Assembly (NCBI GenBank): GCA_023130895.1 | Contig: JAGMAI010000121.1 | Span: 1 to 44,247 of the forward strand | DNA length: 44,247 nucleotides | Direction: 5' to 3' | Source of the DNA: Thermoplasmata archaeon | GTDB taxonomy: Archaea; Thermoplasmatota; Thermoplasmata; RBG-16-68-12; JAGMCJ01 | Part shown: positions 7,564 through 18,300 of the stretch, piece by piece | How positions within the stretch are numbered: position 1 is the stretch's first letter | How the letters are laid out: the number at the start of each line of letters is the position of its first letter | Translations under genes and position numbers: made by a program | Notes under the pieces: generated by a model | What the model was told of the DNA's origin: nothing | Database searches by the model: none | What the model saw: only the letters and a program-made list of their open reading frames with translations

Positions 7564-10143
7564 ATGCGAGGGAAATCAAGACTTGTTGTGTCAATAGCTT
7601 TGGGAATGATTCTTGCGTTTGGGCCTATGGCGGGAGTCGTGAGCGCCGTCTTCCCGCCACCGGATGTGTCTCCATCATCGGAGATCTACTTCTGGGACGA
7701 CGTGGAAGGCGGTAGCCATGCCAAGTGGTTCATGAGCTCCAGTCCGGGCAACTTGTTCGAGACGGCGTGCAGTACGATGTGGCAGCTTTCGGAACACCAG
7801 ACCTGGTTCCTCAGGGACTTCTGCATGTTCAGCATGATCTCGCTTGTGCCGGGATGGGCGGGAGCGCAGTCCACGCAGTTCTCGGTGCCCGGGAATTACA
7901 TAACTACCTTTTACTTCGGGATTCAAGAAACTCACGGGACCTTCAAGGTCATCGACGACGGCTTCGTGCACCTCAGGATGAACGGCAACATGCTGGAATC
8001 GTATGACGGAGCGGACTACACGCCTATCATCGCTCTTACTCACGGTACCAACTACCTGTTCGAGGTCAGGGCCTTCCTGGATTCGGAAACCTACGACCTC
8101 TACATCGAGAAGGATTTCTTGGGAACATTCGATTCCGCGTCGCCAGTTCACGGAGGCGCTCTCATCATAGGTGATGACTCATCTGATCCAGGAACGACAG
8201 GACATGCATGGTGGAACATGTTCATCGTTTCCGTCCTGAACACCGCAGACCTCTCGATCGACTTCGAGAGCGGCACGATTACAGACTTCACCACGGTCAC
8301 GTGGCCAGGCAGCTACTTCGATGTCGAGCCAAGCGCGCACAGCCCGTACGTGCTGCACATGGCGAATATAGTGGCGAACACTAGCTATCCCTACCCAGTC
8401 ATCGCGTACGGCTTCAGTCCATACTTCGACGTCCAACCTGCCTCAGAGTACGTGTTACATTTGGACTTCATGATTCCCGATTCGTATAACAAGAATGTTA
8501 CCGTCATCTCGGACGGGAGCGCAGTCCTCTATGTCGACGGCGCGGACCTATACGCTTTGACCGGCCATTCGACCAACTATGTGACGACACTCATTCCAGG
8601 TGTCTGGTATGATGGAATCGAGGTGCGCGTTCATACAGCATCTGAGACCTTTGAGGTGAAGATCGGAGGCAACATATATGGACCGTACGACTTCGTCCCG
8701 TATGGCTACTATCAGAGGCCACCCTCGCAGTTCTTCTTGGGCTCGATGTACGACTGGAACACACTCGGAGTGAGCTGGGGAGAGGCGTATTGGGACAACA
8801 TTCGAATCAATGTCCCACCTGAGCTGGAACCTTGCGGTCCACACTGGCCCGGATACTGTGGCGATATTGGTGTCACTCCTGGGAAGGGGGACGAATCGAC
8901 TGAGTTCACCTATTGCGTGGTCTACAGAGATGCGAATGGCGACGCCCCAAACAGGCCAGATGATCCGAGGGTCCACATCCTCGATTTCGATTTTGAGATC
9001 TACAACGAGGCCATGAATGAAGGGAACTGGTTGTCACCTGCACAGAACTACAAAGATGGCAGGACCTATCTCTACACAACCACGCTTTCGATGGGGGTTG
9101 ACTATTCCTACTTCTTCACGGCAGCCGATGTCCACGGTCTGCAGGCCTATCCAACTGACATACTTGAGGGTCCTGACGTAGTGCTCAACCAGTGGAACGA
9201 GGTTCAGATAGATAGCGGGGCTATTCCGAGCGCCCGGGATAGTCACAGCATGGCATATGATGTGTCGGGCAAGATCATTATGTTCGGCGGGTACGACGGA
9301 CCAACGACATATTCTGACACCTGGGAGTTCGAGCTTCCACAGGCAGAGTGGACGAAGATTGCTGCGGCCAATCCTCCTCAAGCCAGGCATTCTCATTCAA
9401 TGGTTGGGCTGGGCAACGGATGGATTCTCTTGTTCGGAGGAATGGAGAGCAGTACATACTACCCTGAGACTTGGGTCTACGTCGTGTCGAGCGAGATGTG
9501 GTATGCTTCAATTCCGAATCCCTCGCCCCAGGGTCGAATGGACTCCTATATGGCTTACGACCCAGACAGCAACGAGGTCCTGTTATTCGGGGGACTGGGA
9601 GAGAACGGCCAATTCGATGACACGTGGATTTACAACCCCGGGGACACGCCCTCCACTGGCTCTTGGGAGCTTGTCGACCCTCCCGGGGACAACCCTGAGC
9701 CTAGGTCGAGACACGGTCTGGTGTTTGACACAGAGAGAGGCAAATTCATATTGTACGGAGGAGCCGGAGAAGGATCTGTGGAGTTTCAGGACACGTGGAC
9801 GTTTGACCGAACGAATGGTTGGGAAGAGATGTGTGTCGATCCGGATTGCATTCCGGCTCAATCGTATGGATTCGGGATCGCGTACGACTCAAGTAGCCAA
9901 GTTACCGTTGTGTACGGTGGATATAGCGGTCTTCCCAACCATTGGGAAACCTTCGTCTATGATTCGGACCTCGACTACTGGACAGACATGTCTACGTTAT
10001 TCCCGGGCTCCCATCCGGGTGTGAGGTACAATTTCCCGATGGTCTACTCGATTCAGGATGAGGTCATCGTTCTGTTCGGGGGACTCATTGGGACGAATGG
10101 AGCATACCGCACGGACGATACCTGGACCTATGACTATTTCTAG
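7564..10143 (+). CDS. Secreted 859-aa protein: internally duplicated lectin-like beta domain, one copy of the ~125-aa module, and 6 Kelch blades
   Basis: I placed the start at ATG 7564 (MRGKSRLVVSIALGMILAFGPMAGVVSA), not at the track start 7408. Reasons: a GGAGG lies 6 nt upstream, a signal peptide follows, and the promoter block homologous to 2975..3072 lies inside the 7408 extension. The module GVTPGKGDESTEFTYCVVYRDANGDAP is present. Six Kelch blades (IIMFGGYDG ... IVLFGGLIG). Confidence 0.85.
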   Translation: MRGKSRLVVSIALGMILAFGPMAGVVSAVFPPPDVSPSSEIYFWDDVEGGSHAKWFMSSSPGNLFETACSTMWQLSEHQTWFLRDFCMFSMISLVPGWAGAQSTQFSVPGNYITTFYFGIQETHGTFKVIDDGFVHLRMNGNMLESYDGADYTPIIALTHGTNYLFEVRAFLDSETYDLYIEKDFLGTFDSASPVHGGALIIGDDSSDPGTTGHAWWNMFIVSVLNTADLSIDFESGTITDFTTVTWPGSYFDVEPSAHSPYVLHMANIVANTSYPYPVIAYGFSPYFDVQPASEYVLHLDFMIPDSYNKNVTVISDGSAVLYVDGADLYALTGHSTNYVTTLIPGVWYDGIEVRVHTASETFEVKIGGNIYGPYDFVPYGYYQRPPSQFFLGSMYDWNTLGVSWGEAYWDNIRINVPPELEPCGPHWPGYCGDIGVTPGKGDESTEFTYCVVYRDANGDAPNRPDDPRVHILDFDFEIYNEAMNEGNWLSPAQNYKDGRTYLYTTTLSMGVDYSYFFTAADVHGLQAYPTDILEGPDVVLNQWNEVQIDSGAIPSARDSHSMAYDVSGKIIMFGGYDGPTTYSDTWEFELPQAEWTKIAAANPPQARHSHSMVGLGNGWILLFGGMESSTYYPETWVYVVSSEMWYASIPNPSPQGRMDSYMAYDPDSNEVLLFGGLGENGQFDDTWIYNPGDTPSTGSWELVDPPGDNPEPRSRHGLVFDTERGKFILYGGAGEGSVEFQDTWTFDRTNGWEEMCVDPDCIPAQSYGFGIAYDSSSQVTVVYGGYSGLPNHWETFVYDSDLDYWTDMSTLFPGSHPGVRYNFPMVYSIQDEVIVLFGGLIGTNGAYRTDDTWTYDYF

Positions 10144-10420
10144 ACCCGCGCTCGTCTTCGGAACCGCGAGCGTGAAGGAGTGCACGGGAAGCTACGGAAC
10201 GGTGTTGGTCGTGCACTACGCCAACTCTGGCGACCAGTCCGCGGATTTCGTCGTCGCCCACGTATCGGTCAGTGATGCAGGCTTGGGGAATGTCTGTACA
10301 GAGCAGAAGGCCGTCTGCACAGTCTTCCCGCATTCGGCGGACAGCTTCGAGTGGGTGATCAACCTGAGCTTCTTCTGCTCGACCGTCGACGATGCTTGGG
10401 TCACCTTCGCATGGACCTAG
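10130..10420 (+). CDS. Possible small (about 85-97 aa) Cys-containing beta-rich protein, or a gene fragment
   Basis: The frame-2 ORF has clear G/C third-position bias and a beta-sandwich-like sequence (GTVLVVHYANSGDQSADFVVAHVSVSD..., 4 Cys). The antisense ORF looks like a shadow. No convincing SD. The ATG at 10130 overlaps the upstream stop by 14 nt; the alternative start is GTG 10172. Confidence 0.4.
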   Translation: MTISRPALVFGTASVKECTGSYGTVLVVHYANSGDQSADFVVAHVSVSDAGLGNVCTEQKAVCTVFPHSADSFEWVINLSFFCSTVDDAWVTFAWT

Positions 10421-10437
10421 CCCGCAGACTTCACTCG

Positions 10438-10453
10438 CTCCCGCCAAAACGAT
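10438..10453 (+). promoter_or_regulatory. Recurrent 16-mer CTCCCGCCAAAACGAT, copy 1
   Basis: It is an exact 16-nt match to 18972..18987 and 19932..19947. It lies 78 nt upstream of the ATG at 10516. Confidence 0.5.
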
Positions 10454-10515
10454 TCGAGGAGTTGACCAGAGATTACTTAAGCCCACAAGCGCCAACATAT
10501 AGTGAGTGGAGGAGC

Positions 10516-12969
10516 ATGCGGGCGGAGTCTGCGACAGCTGTGCTGGGATCGTTCATAGCCATCACCCTCGTTATAGGCGCTTTGAGCTATCCTGCACATC
10601 CGCCGGCGGAGACGCTCTTGGCGCCCGAGCGTGAGAAGACCCTCGACACGACCTCCCCCATCATCCTCTTGACATCTCCCGCCCACGGGCAGGAGGCATC
10701 TCCCAACGCCGACATCGTCATCCAGTTCAACGAGTCCATGAACACATCATCTTTCTCCTACCAGTTCCTCTCGGGCCCGGACCCTGGGATGAACTGGTCA
10801 TGGGTGAGTTTCTTGTACGAGAACGATACCGTCCGCGGGACGCACGACATTCTGTTCGGCTCTCCCGCGTATTACGAGTTCAACGTCACCTACGCCGAGG
10901 ACGTGGCGGGCAATCCTCTCGCACCCGGCCCAGTGCCGAACCCGTGGAACTGGAGCACCATCGTTGTCATCATCGAAACGGTTCCTGCTGATGGAGAGAC
11001 GAACGTCAGGCTCTCTCAAGACATCATGGTATTCTTCAGCGGTCCGGTGGATGTACTCACATTGCCCGTGCCCTTCTGGATCATAGTCCCGGATCCTGGA
11101 GGAGGTTGGGCGATTACCTGGACCAACGGAGACACTTCTGTAGTGCTTTCCCACGCGGTTCCCTTCGAGCCCTGCACGCTCTACACGGTGTACTTGCACA
11201 TAGGTCTCTCTCCGTTTCCAAGCCTCGTTCCCAATCCTTGGTCCTTCACAACGGTGTGCCCGCCCAGGATCATCCGCACCGACCCGTACGATGGACAGAC
11301 AGACGTTCCGTTGAACCACAGCATCGAGGTCGAGTTCAGCAAGCCCATGAACACGGGGACAGTGATGTGGACGATCAACCCCGACCCTGGCGGATGGAAT
11401 CAGAATTGGTCAAATAACAGCACGGTACTGACGTTATCGCACACCATTCTGTTCCTCGATTGCCAAACCTATACGGTGCAGATTGTGGGCGGCCAGGACC
11501 TTGACGGTTATGACCTCATTCCAGGAGCTGACCTCGTTCCCAATCCTTGGAGCTTCATGACCGTGTGCCTGCCCAAGATTGTAATGACCGATCCTACCGA
11601 CGGCCAGATCGACGTCCCCTTGGACCAGGTGATTTCGGTCGTATTCAGTCACCCGATGAACACGACCTCCGTCAGCTGGACTGTGATCCCGTTCATTGAC
11701 ATGTTTCCTTTCTGGGATTCGAATGACACGAACCTGACGCTCCTTCCCATGCAACTGTTCGAGCAACTGACGGCGTATTCAGTTGAAATCCAGGGAAAGG
11801 ACAAGGAGGGGAATGACCTCATTGCAGGTCCTGTCCCGAATCCATGGACCTTCTATACTGGCATTGATGAGCCTCTTCTACGGTCGACGGATCCGTATCA
11901 CGGGGAGGTCGATGTGTCTCTCACCCGCCCGATCATTGTGGAATTCAGCAGGAGCATAGAAGTCCCCACTTTCTCCTATGTAATCATCCCCTTCATCTCT
12001 CTCACCATGAACTGGATGAATGAAGACAAGACCGTGATGTTCACTCACTCCGACGAGTTCGAGAGTTTGACTTTGTACACAATGACAGTCTCCGGCAACG
12101 ACCTGAATGGGCTTCAGATACCCGGCGGACCTGTTCCCAACCCATGGAGCTGGACAACAGGGGAGCAGTCTCCTCAACCTCCTCCGGCGCCACCAAGAGC
12201 CATCAGAGCGTCCTTGAGCGGGTCGCAGCTTCAGAATGTCACAATCACTTGGCAGCTCTCTGACGATGATCCCAGTGGTGGCGTGTCCCACTACGACATC
12301 TTTCGAGGGGTTGACGTTTATGATAAGAGCGGGCTCAGCTACTCTCATCTGGCGAGTGTTCCAAGAGGCGTGTCCGTCCTTGTGAACCCGCTGGTGGGTC
12401 AGGACGATCACAACTACTTCTATCTTGTCTGTGCCGTGGGTTCGAATGGATCCTCATGCACAGAGAACCAAGCGGGCAAGTTCACCCGCCCGCTCACAGC
12501 AGGGCCGAGCCTCGTCTCCATACCGCTCATCCCGTCCGACGAATCTGTTGAGACCGTTCTGCAGACCCTCAAGTACGATATGGCCTGGTCCTACGACACC
12601 TCGAGCGGGGAGTGGGAATGGCACATGACGGCCAAGGAATACGGAGGATTAACGAATCTCAACCATACGATGGGTCTGTGGGTGAACATCACGCAGGCGT
12701 CCAGCCTCACCGTCGCGGGAATGGTGCCCGCTCAAACGACGATCCATCTCTTCAAGGGATGGAACCTCATCGGATCTCCCTCATTCAACATCTCCTACAC
12801 CGTCGCGGACCTGAAGGTGGAGCTGCCCGTCGAGCGGGTGGAGGGCTTCGATGCTTCCGCCCCGCCGCACTTCCTGCGGGTGCTCCAGGACTCCGATGTG
12901 CTTCTGGCGGGAGAAGGCTATTGGGTGAAGGTCTCACAAGACATGACCTGGGTGGTCATGCCCTCCTGA
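10516..12969 (+). CDS. Secreted 817-aa protein: five Big_5/SbsA-type Ig-like repeats, a Pro-rich linker, and the shared ~260-aa C-terminal module
   Basis: The start at ATG 10516 (MRAESATAVLGSFIAITLVIGALS) has GGAGGAG 4 nt upstream; the track's 10351 extension is R/L-rich and not protein-like. Repeats of the form DP.DG.TDVPL...I.V.FS.PMNT.S end in VPNPW(S/T/N)(F/W). The linker is QSPQPPPAPP. The C-terminal module is at 12190..12966. Confidence 0.85.
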   Translation: MRAESATAVLGSFIAITLVIGALSYPAHPPAETLLAPEREKTLDTTSPIILLTSPAHGQEASPNADIVIQFNESMNTSSFSYQFLSGPDPGMNWSWVSFLYENDTVRGTHDILFGSPAYYEFNVTYAEDVAGNPLAPGPVPNPWNWSTIVVIIETVPADGETNVRLSQDIMVFFSGPVDVLTLPVPFWIIVPDPGGGWAITWTNGDTSVVLSHAVPFEPCTLYTVYLHIGLSPFPSLVPNPWSFTTVCPPRIIRTDPYDGQTDVPLNHSIEVEFSKPMNTGTVMWTINPDPGGWNQNWSNNSTVLTLSHTILFLDCQTYTVQIVGGQDLDGYDLIPGADLVPNPWSFMTVCLPKIVMTDPTDGQIDVPLDQVISVVFSHPMNTTSVSWTVIPFIDMFPFWDSNDTNLTLLPMQLFEQLTAYSVEIQGKDKEGNDLIAGPVPNPWTFYTGIDEPLLRSTDPYHGEVDVSLTRPIIVEFSRSIEVPTFSYVIIPFISLTMNWMNEDKTVMFTHSDEFESLTLYTMTVSGNDLNGLQIPGGPVPNPWSWTTGEQSPQPPPAPPRAIRASLSGSQLQNVTITWQLSDDDPSGGVSHYDIFRGVDVYDKSGLSYSHLASVPRGVSVLVNPLVGQDDHNYFYLVCAVGSNGSSCTENQAGKFTRPLTAGPSLVSIPLIPSDESVETVLQTLKYDMAWSYDTSSGEWEWHMTAKEYGGLTNLNHTMGLWVNITQASSLTVAGMVPAQTTIHLFKGWNLIGSPSFNISYTVADLKVELPVERVEGFDASAPPHFLRVLQDSDVLLAGEGYWVKVSQDMTWVVMPS
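10650..12160 (+). repeat. Five tandem ~300-nt coding repeats (Ig-like domains) inside 10516..12969
   Basis: Each unit ends in ...(L/P)VPNPW..(T/S)T. The boundaries of units 2/3 and 3/4 share a near-identical ~45-nt stretch (ctcgttcccaatccttgg.cttca..acggtgtgcc.gccca.gat, around 11224 and 11533). Confidence 0.75.
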
Positions 12970-13094
12970 TATCACACAATGTGGCGAGACCCCGATACGC
13001 TCCTTCCCGCAAGCATCTCGCAGCATCTCGTTTTCAATTACGAAAGGGACACCAAGAGGACCTGCCGCTTTCGCAACCCGGGTTGCCTCGATAG

Positions 13095-13102
13095 AATTAT
13101 AT
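13095..13102 (+). promoter_or_regulatory. TATA-like box (AATTATAT) for 13128..15305
   Basis: It is centred about 30 nt upstream of the ATG at 13128 and no SD is present, which suggests a leaderless or very short-leader archaeal transcript. Confidence 0.5.
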
Positions 13103-13127
13103 GAACACACTGCCTTGAATCATCCAG

Positions 13128-15305
13128 ATGAGGGTGCTTCGGATTGCTGCGATCTGTGCCATTAGCTTGCTCGTGCTCCCGCCCGCAGTGATTGCTGACG
13201 AATGGCATTCCTTCCAGAGGGACCTCGCGAACTCGGGACTGGCGGAATCGGACGGACCCCTTTCTGATTTCGTCTCCTGGAAGGCGGTGACGGGCTTCGG
13301 ATCAGGGGTTCAGATGACTTACGCGAACGGGGTCCTCTTCCGCGCCGCGTCCCATAGGGGGGTTCAGGCCATCAACGCGTCCAATGGAAACGAGCTCTGG
13401 ATAACACCTGTGAACTCCGGTCGCGTGGACACGGTTCCTGCGTACTACAAGGAGAAGCTGTATTTCGGGACGCACCAGGACAGCGGGACCGTCTATGCAC
13501 TCAACGCCTCCGACGGGGAAGTCGTCTGGACCGTCGATTATGGCTGGGAGTACACGGCATCACCGTTGGTCGTGGACGGAGTGGTGTACATACCCTTCAC
13601 CTCCGATAGGATGGTCGCCCTCCACGCCTCCAATGGCACGGCCATCTGGGACCGCAATGTCCCGACACATATGCATACTTCACCGGCATACGAGAACGGT
13701 GTTGTATACACTGCCCACAAGAGAGTGGCAGCCGTCAACGCCACGAACGGGGACATCATCTGGCAATCTGACCTCCAGAACTACTACTTCACCTCAGGGA
13801 TCGTGGTCGCGGGGGACAAAGTCTGCTGCAATGGTCACCAATACCTCGCGTGCTTTCACAAGACGAACGGCACCACAATCTGGAAGAGAGATCTAGGCGT
13901 CGTCAGGTGGAATGCCAGGGATTCGACGCCCGCGGTCATGGGAGACGAGCTCTTCGTTGGTACACAGGACGGGTGGGCGTACTCCCTCTATCTGAACAAT
14001 GGGGACATCCTGTGGAACGTGACTCTTGGCTCTCCCACCAACGGCAGCATCATCGCCTCCCCCGTCATTGCACCGAACGGTATCGTGTACTTCACGAACG
14101 AGGACCTCTATGCGCTCAATACGTCCACCGGCAACGTTATCTGGGAGATGGATCTGGCGGGTGTGTCGATGAGAGCAACCCCCACGCTGGTGAACGAGGT
14201 CCTCTACGTGAACTTACCAGGATGGGTCCTCGCGGTAGGCGACGTGGCTCCGCCGGACGTCAACGAAGTCAGACTCGACGGACAGCCGACCGCTCGGGTG
14301 AAGCCCGGGACCGTCGTCAACATCACGGCGACCGTGGACGACACCGAGAAAGGCGGGCATGATGTGGCATCAGCCAACATGTCCATCCTTCCCGGAACCG
14401 TCTGGGACATGAACCCGGTAGACGGTTCGTTCGACTCGCCCTCAGAGCGTGTTTCTCTTCTCGTGGATACTGCCGGAATGCCTTATGGCGAGTACGCTCT
14501 CGCGTTCGGTGTGTGCGATTCCAAGGACAATTGCGGGACCGTCGAGACAGATGACCTGCTCATCGTGGACGGAACGCCCCCCGAGGTGGTTCCCGACGCC
14601 CTTGACTCGACCCCGGTGCTCGTTCCCTTCCATCTAGAGGGCTCTGTCACGGACGAAGGTGAGGTCGTCGAAGTCGAGATAGTGTACAGGGAGCCGCATG
14701 GGACTCAATGGAACACGGGGACCGCGAGCTTGGATGGAGGCCGGTACACATTCCAGGTCACCTCTCAGACCTCCCTCGGCGTCTTCGAGTATCACGTCCT
14801 GGCGTCGGACAGCGCAGGCAACGTGGCTCGCTTCCCTCTGAGTAGCGAGATCGAAGTGCGAATAGTCGATGAATCCCCGCCTGAGATACTCGACCTGCGG
14901 GCTGATCCCGAGACTCTATTGGAGGGGGACACGACCGCCATTACCTGGACTATCGTTGAGCAATTCGGCCTGCAGTCCGTTGAGTTCGAGATCCTCGATG
15001 AGGACAATCACCTGGTTTCAGAAGGGAGCAAGGAGGGCCCTGGACCCTATGAAACGCTCTTCACTCCTGGATCTCCCGGGAACTACACCGTCCGCGTGAC
15101 GGTGACGGACGCGTCCGACAACTCGGCGCAGGAGGAGATCCTGATATCAGTGGACGAACGGCCGAGCGATCAGAGGAGCATTGACTGGCTGTTCCCGCTC
15201 TCGATTGTCTTCTTGCTCGTGGTCGTCTCTGTCCTCGTGATATTATGGCTTCGCCGAAGGAGAGGGTCTGCCGGTGCCTCTGACGAACCGCCCGAACCGA
15301 CGTAG
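13128..15305 (+). CDS. Secreted PQQ-like beta-propeller repeat protein with C-terminal Ig-like domains and a TM anchor
   Basis: Signal peptide MRVLRIAAICAISLLVLPPAVIA. There are about 8 repeats of A(L/I)NA(S/T)(N/D)G...W......SP.V..G.VY. Ig-like domains follow (PPEILDLRADPE...). The C-terminal hydrophobic helix is LFPLSIVFLLVVVSVLVILW, followed by LRRRRGS. Confidence 0.85.
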   Translation: MRVLRIAAICAISLLVLPPAVIADEWHSFQRDLANSGLAESDGPLSDFVSWKAVTGFGSGVQMTYANGVLFRAASHRGVQAINASNGNELWITPVNSGRVDTVPAYYKEKLYFGTHQDSGTVYALNASDGEVVWTVDYGWEYTASPLVVDGVVYIPFTSDRMVALHASNGTAIWDRNVPTHMHTSPAYENGVVYTAHKRVAAVNATNGDIIWQSDLQNYYFTSGIVVAGDKVCCNGHQYLACFHKTNGTTIWKRDLGVVRWNARDSTPAVMGDELFVGTQDGWAYSLYLNNGDILWNVTLGSPTNGSIIASPVIAPNGIVYFTNEDLYALNTSTGNVIWEMDLAGVSMRATPTLVNEVLYVNLPGWVLAVGDVAPPDVNEVRLDGQPTARVKPGTVVNITATVDDTEKGGHDVASANMSILPGTVWDMNPVDGSFDSPSERVSLLVDTAGMPYGEYALAFGVCDSKDNCGTVETDDLLIVDGTPPEVVPDALDSTPVLVPFHLEGSVTDEGEVVEVEIVYREPHGTQWNTGTASLDGGRYTFQVTSQTSLGVFEYHVLASDSAGNVARFPLSSEIEVRIVDESPPEILDLRADPETLLEGDTTAITWTIVEQFGLQSVEFEILDEDNHLVSEGSKEGPGPYETLFTPGSPGNYTVRVTVTDASDNSAQEEILISVDERPSDQRSIDWLFPLSIVFLLVVVSVLVILWLRRRRGSAGASDEPPEPT

Positions 15306-15345
15306 CCCGGACATCATCACTGGATCGATGTGAGGGCAAGATGAC

Positions 15346-15364
15346 CCTTTCGCCACAACGATTT
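15346..15364 (+). other. Variant of the recurrent motif (CCTTTCGCCACAACGATTT) in a 3' intergenic position
   Basis: CGCCACAACGATT matches the core CGCCAAAACGAT(T) of the 16-mer at 12 of 13 positions. It shares the prefix CCTTTCGCCA with 22403..22419. It lies 41 nt after the stop at 15305. Confidence 0.4.
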
Positions 15365-15383
15365 CAGAGCCGCCTGTGCATCC

Positions 15384-18300
15384 TCACTCGGACTCTTCCG
15401 GCGGCGTACCCTCGTCCGGCTCCTCTGCGGTCTCCTCCGGCCTCCTCATCCACCTCATGAGGACCAGCAGCACGAGAGCGGCGAGGAACACCACCGCGAG
15501 CAGCAGGAACACCCACCAGAACTCCTCCGCCAGGGGCTTCTCCTCTTTCCCCTCCTCATCGGCGGTCAGCGGGTCCCTCCCCGCCGCCACCTCCGCCCCG
15601 TCACCCATGCCGTCGCCGTCCGTGTCAGCGTCAGCGGGGTCCGTTCCGTAAGTGTTCTCCTCGTCCCAGTCGGAGAGGCCGTCCCCGTCGCCGTCCGTCG
15701 CGATGACCTGCACGAGGAGGTAATCCTGGTCCGCGTTCCCCGCAGGGTCGCGCACCTCCAGCATCACCAGGAAGCCGCCCGCCACGTTGAACATGCTCTG
15801 CGGCTGCGCCCCGTGCAGCGTGACGACATCCGTCCCGTTGAAGAAGGTCCACGTGTAGCTCTCGACGAGCCAGTTGTCCGTCGACCCCATTCCATCGAAT
15901 GTGACCGTATCCCCTTGGCTCACGATCTGGTCGGAGCCCGCGTCCGCCGTCGGCAGCGTCTCGTCCGCGACCGTGAACGCGCCGTCCTGCGCCGCCCACT
16001 TGTCGAAGGCGTCCCTCGCGGAGATGCGGAACGCGAACGTCCCCGCCGTCCCCGTCTGCACGACCTTCCAGTACACGTCCGCTGAAGAGAGCATCGAGTA
16101 GTTCCCGATCTCCTGTCCGTCCGGGTCCCACACGTGCAGCCACGCCCCGTCCGCGCCGTTGGGGTACTCGATAGTCGCCGAGACGTTCACGGACGTCGGG
16201 ATGTTCCCGGACAGCCTCTGCCACTGCACGTCCGAGATCGTCGGCGGGGGCCCCAGGATGTGGAAGCTGCCCTCCGTCGAGTTATCGTTCCAGTGGAGGT
16301 CGACCGCCCATATCCTGAACCCGTACGTCCCCGCGGCGTCGTACGTGCGCTCGAAGTAGTACCTATCGCTCAAGCTGTCATAGAACATCGTCGCGTTCTC
16401 GATCTCCACGAGCCCGGCGTCGAGCACCTGGCAGATGACCCACACGAGCGACTCGTCCTGCACACTCAGGCTGATGTTCACAGCCCCGCCCATCTCCTGC
16501 GGGTCCGGCTCGGCCGTGAGGTCGAGCATCTCCGGCGGCAGCAGGTCCACGTTTCGGACGAGTATCATGGCGCTCCCGTTCCCCCACTCCCCCATGTAGT
16601 CCGCGTAGGCGGTCACCCAGTACATCGTGTCCTGCGTCACCTCCGGGGCAGTGAAGGTAAGCGTCCCGATCGTGCCGTTCGCCGCCGTGACCCCCGAGTC
16701 GGGCACCACCGTCGGGCCCGCCGGCGTTACGTAGACAGTGACGTTCGCGCCCTCGAGCGGGTCGTCGTACCCGCTGTGCACGAAGATCTCGACCGGCAGG
16801 CTCTCGCCCTCGTTCACCGTGCCCCCGCCCGGCAGCAGGACGTCTACTGTCGTCCCGTAGGGCGGGTGGATGCCTATCCACGACCAGTACGAATCGGCGA
16901 ATATCGAGTCCGCGCGCCCGACCGTCCAGTTCACGAACCGGTCCTCCCGGTACGCCTCGATGTTGTCCCTGAAGTGCAGCACGTCGTTCGGCAGGGCGTC
17001 CGCGAGGAGCGCGCTGGCCTCCTTGATCAGCTGCCTCTGCATGTCCGGGTCCAGCTCCGCCCGCGCGTTCGTGCTCAGGCTGTCGAAGGTCTCGTTCTGG
17101 AACCCCGCGTAGTTCAGCCCAGCGGGCGCGCTCCCCGAGTAGTAGAAGTCCGTGTAGAACTCCGGCGGGTCCGAGCCTATCCTCTCGTAGTAGATCCATA
17201 TGTCCATCGCGCGGTCCTCGAGGCGGTCGGTGATCTCGCCGAAAGCCATCAGCTTCGACACGATGTTCAGCCCGACTTGCTGGGCGCCCCACGCGATCAT
17301 GTTGCACGCGGAGGCCTGTATCGGATCGTAGTCCGCCTGCGAGCACAGTATCTCAACCTCTTGAGTCCCTATGGTCGGAAGATTCCTCCATCCGCCTGAC
17401 CAACCGAGACCGAATCCCCCGATGGTGTAGTGGTCGTCGAGTATCTGTCGTGCAGCGTCCAGGTCGTAGTTGTACTTCGTGACGGACCCGTTGTACCACT
17501 GCGCGTCCTCCGGGCGGATGGGCTGGTCCCCCTTCACCCCGTAGTCCTGCAGCAGGACGCTTATGATCGTGTCCTTGTCTATCACGTGCGAGATCGCCTT
17601 GCGGAGGTAGTAGCCGTCGTCACCCTGCAGCGGGGTGTTGTTCCAATAGCCGAAGGGGGACCTGCGCATGTTGTACCCGAGGTACGTGAACCCGCGCTCG
17701 GCGGTGGTGGAGAGGCCCACGGTCGGGTCTGCTTGAAGACCCCCAACGAACTCCGGCGGGATCGACCACGACACGATGTCAATCTCGCCCGCTTGGAGCG
17801 CGAACACGGACGCCTGGGCCGTCTTGTAGATCTTGAACAGCATCCCGTCGATGATGGGCTTGTGCATGTGGGAGTAGAAGTTGCCTTGGCACACGGGCGG
17901 GGTGCCGGACCTCTCGCAGTCGAATGCATAGGTCATGTAGTCCTCGTACCTTGTCGTCCGCGCGGACACACCCGGGGTCCACGAGTCGAACTCGAAGGGC
18001 CCGGTCGCCACGACCTCGTTGTCGCTCAGGTCCCAGATCTCCGCTTCGGAGTAGTCGAAGGCGGACGGGTCGGTGGCTGGTACCCCGTTGTGCGTGACAG
18101 GGTCGTACGCGTACCCGAAGTTGGCGTGGATGGGCTCTTGCCAGCTGGTGCAGACCCCCGCCGTCGCGTCGAGGCAGACCTTCCCCGAGCCTTCCCAGAT
18201 GTGCCTCGGGATTATGGTCGCGTCGTTCAGCGTGTGCCTCACGAAGCCCGCGTAGGTCGTCTGCTGGTTGAAGTGCAGCGCGAACGTGAGAGTCGCATCG

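Noticed and set aside
10141-10143. TAG read-through (pyrrolysine-type) at TAG-terminated genes, e.g. 7564..10143, 10130..10420 and 13128..15305
   Set aside because: Sequence downstream of each TAG in the same frame is not coding-like and soon hits another stop. The paralogous Kelch protein ends at the equivalent position.
1726-12966. Diversity-generating retroelement (template/variable repeat pair) as the explanation for the two similar C-terminal modules
   Set aside because: The differences between the copies are not adenine-specific (all substitution types and indels occur). Both copies are full-length coding domains of different genes. No reverse transcriptase or accessory gene is present in the window.
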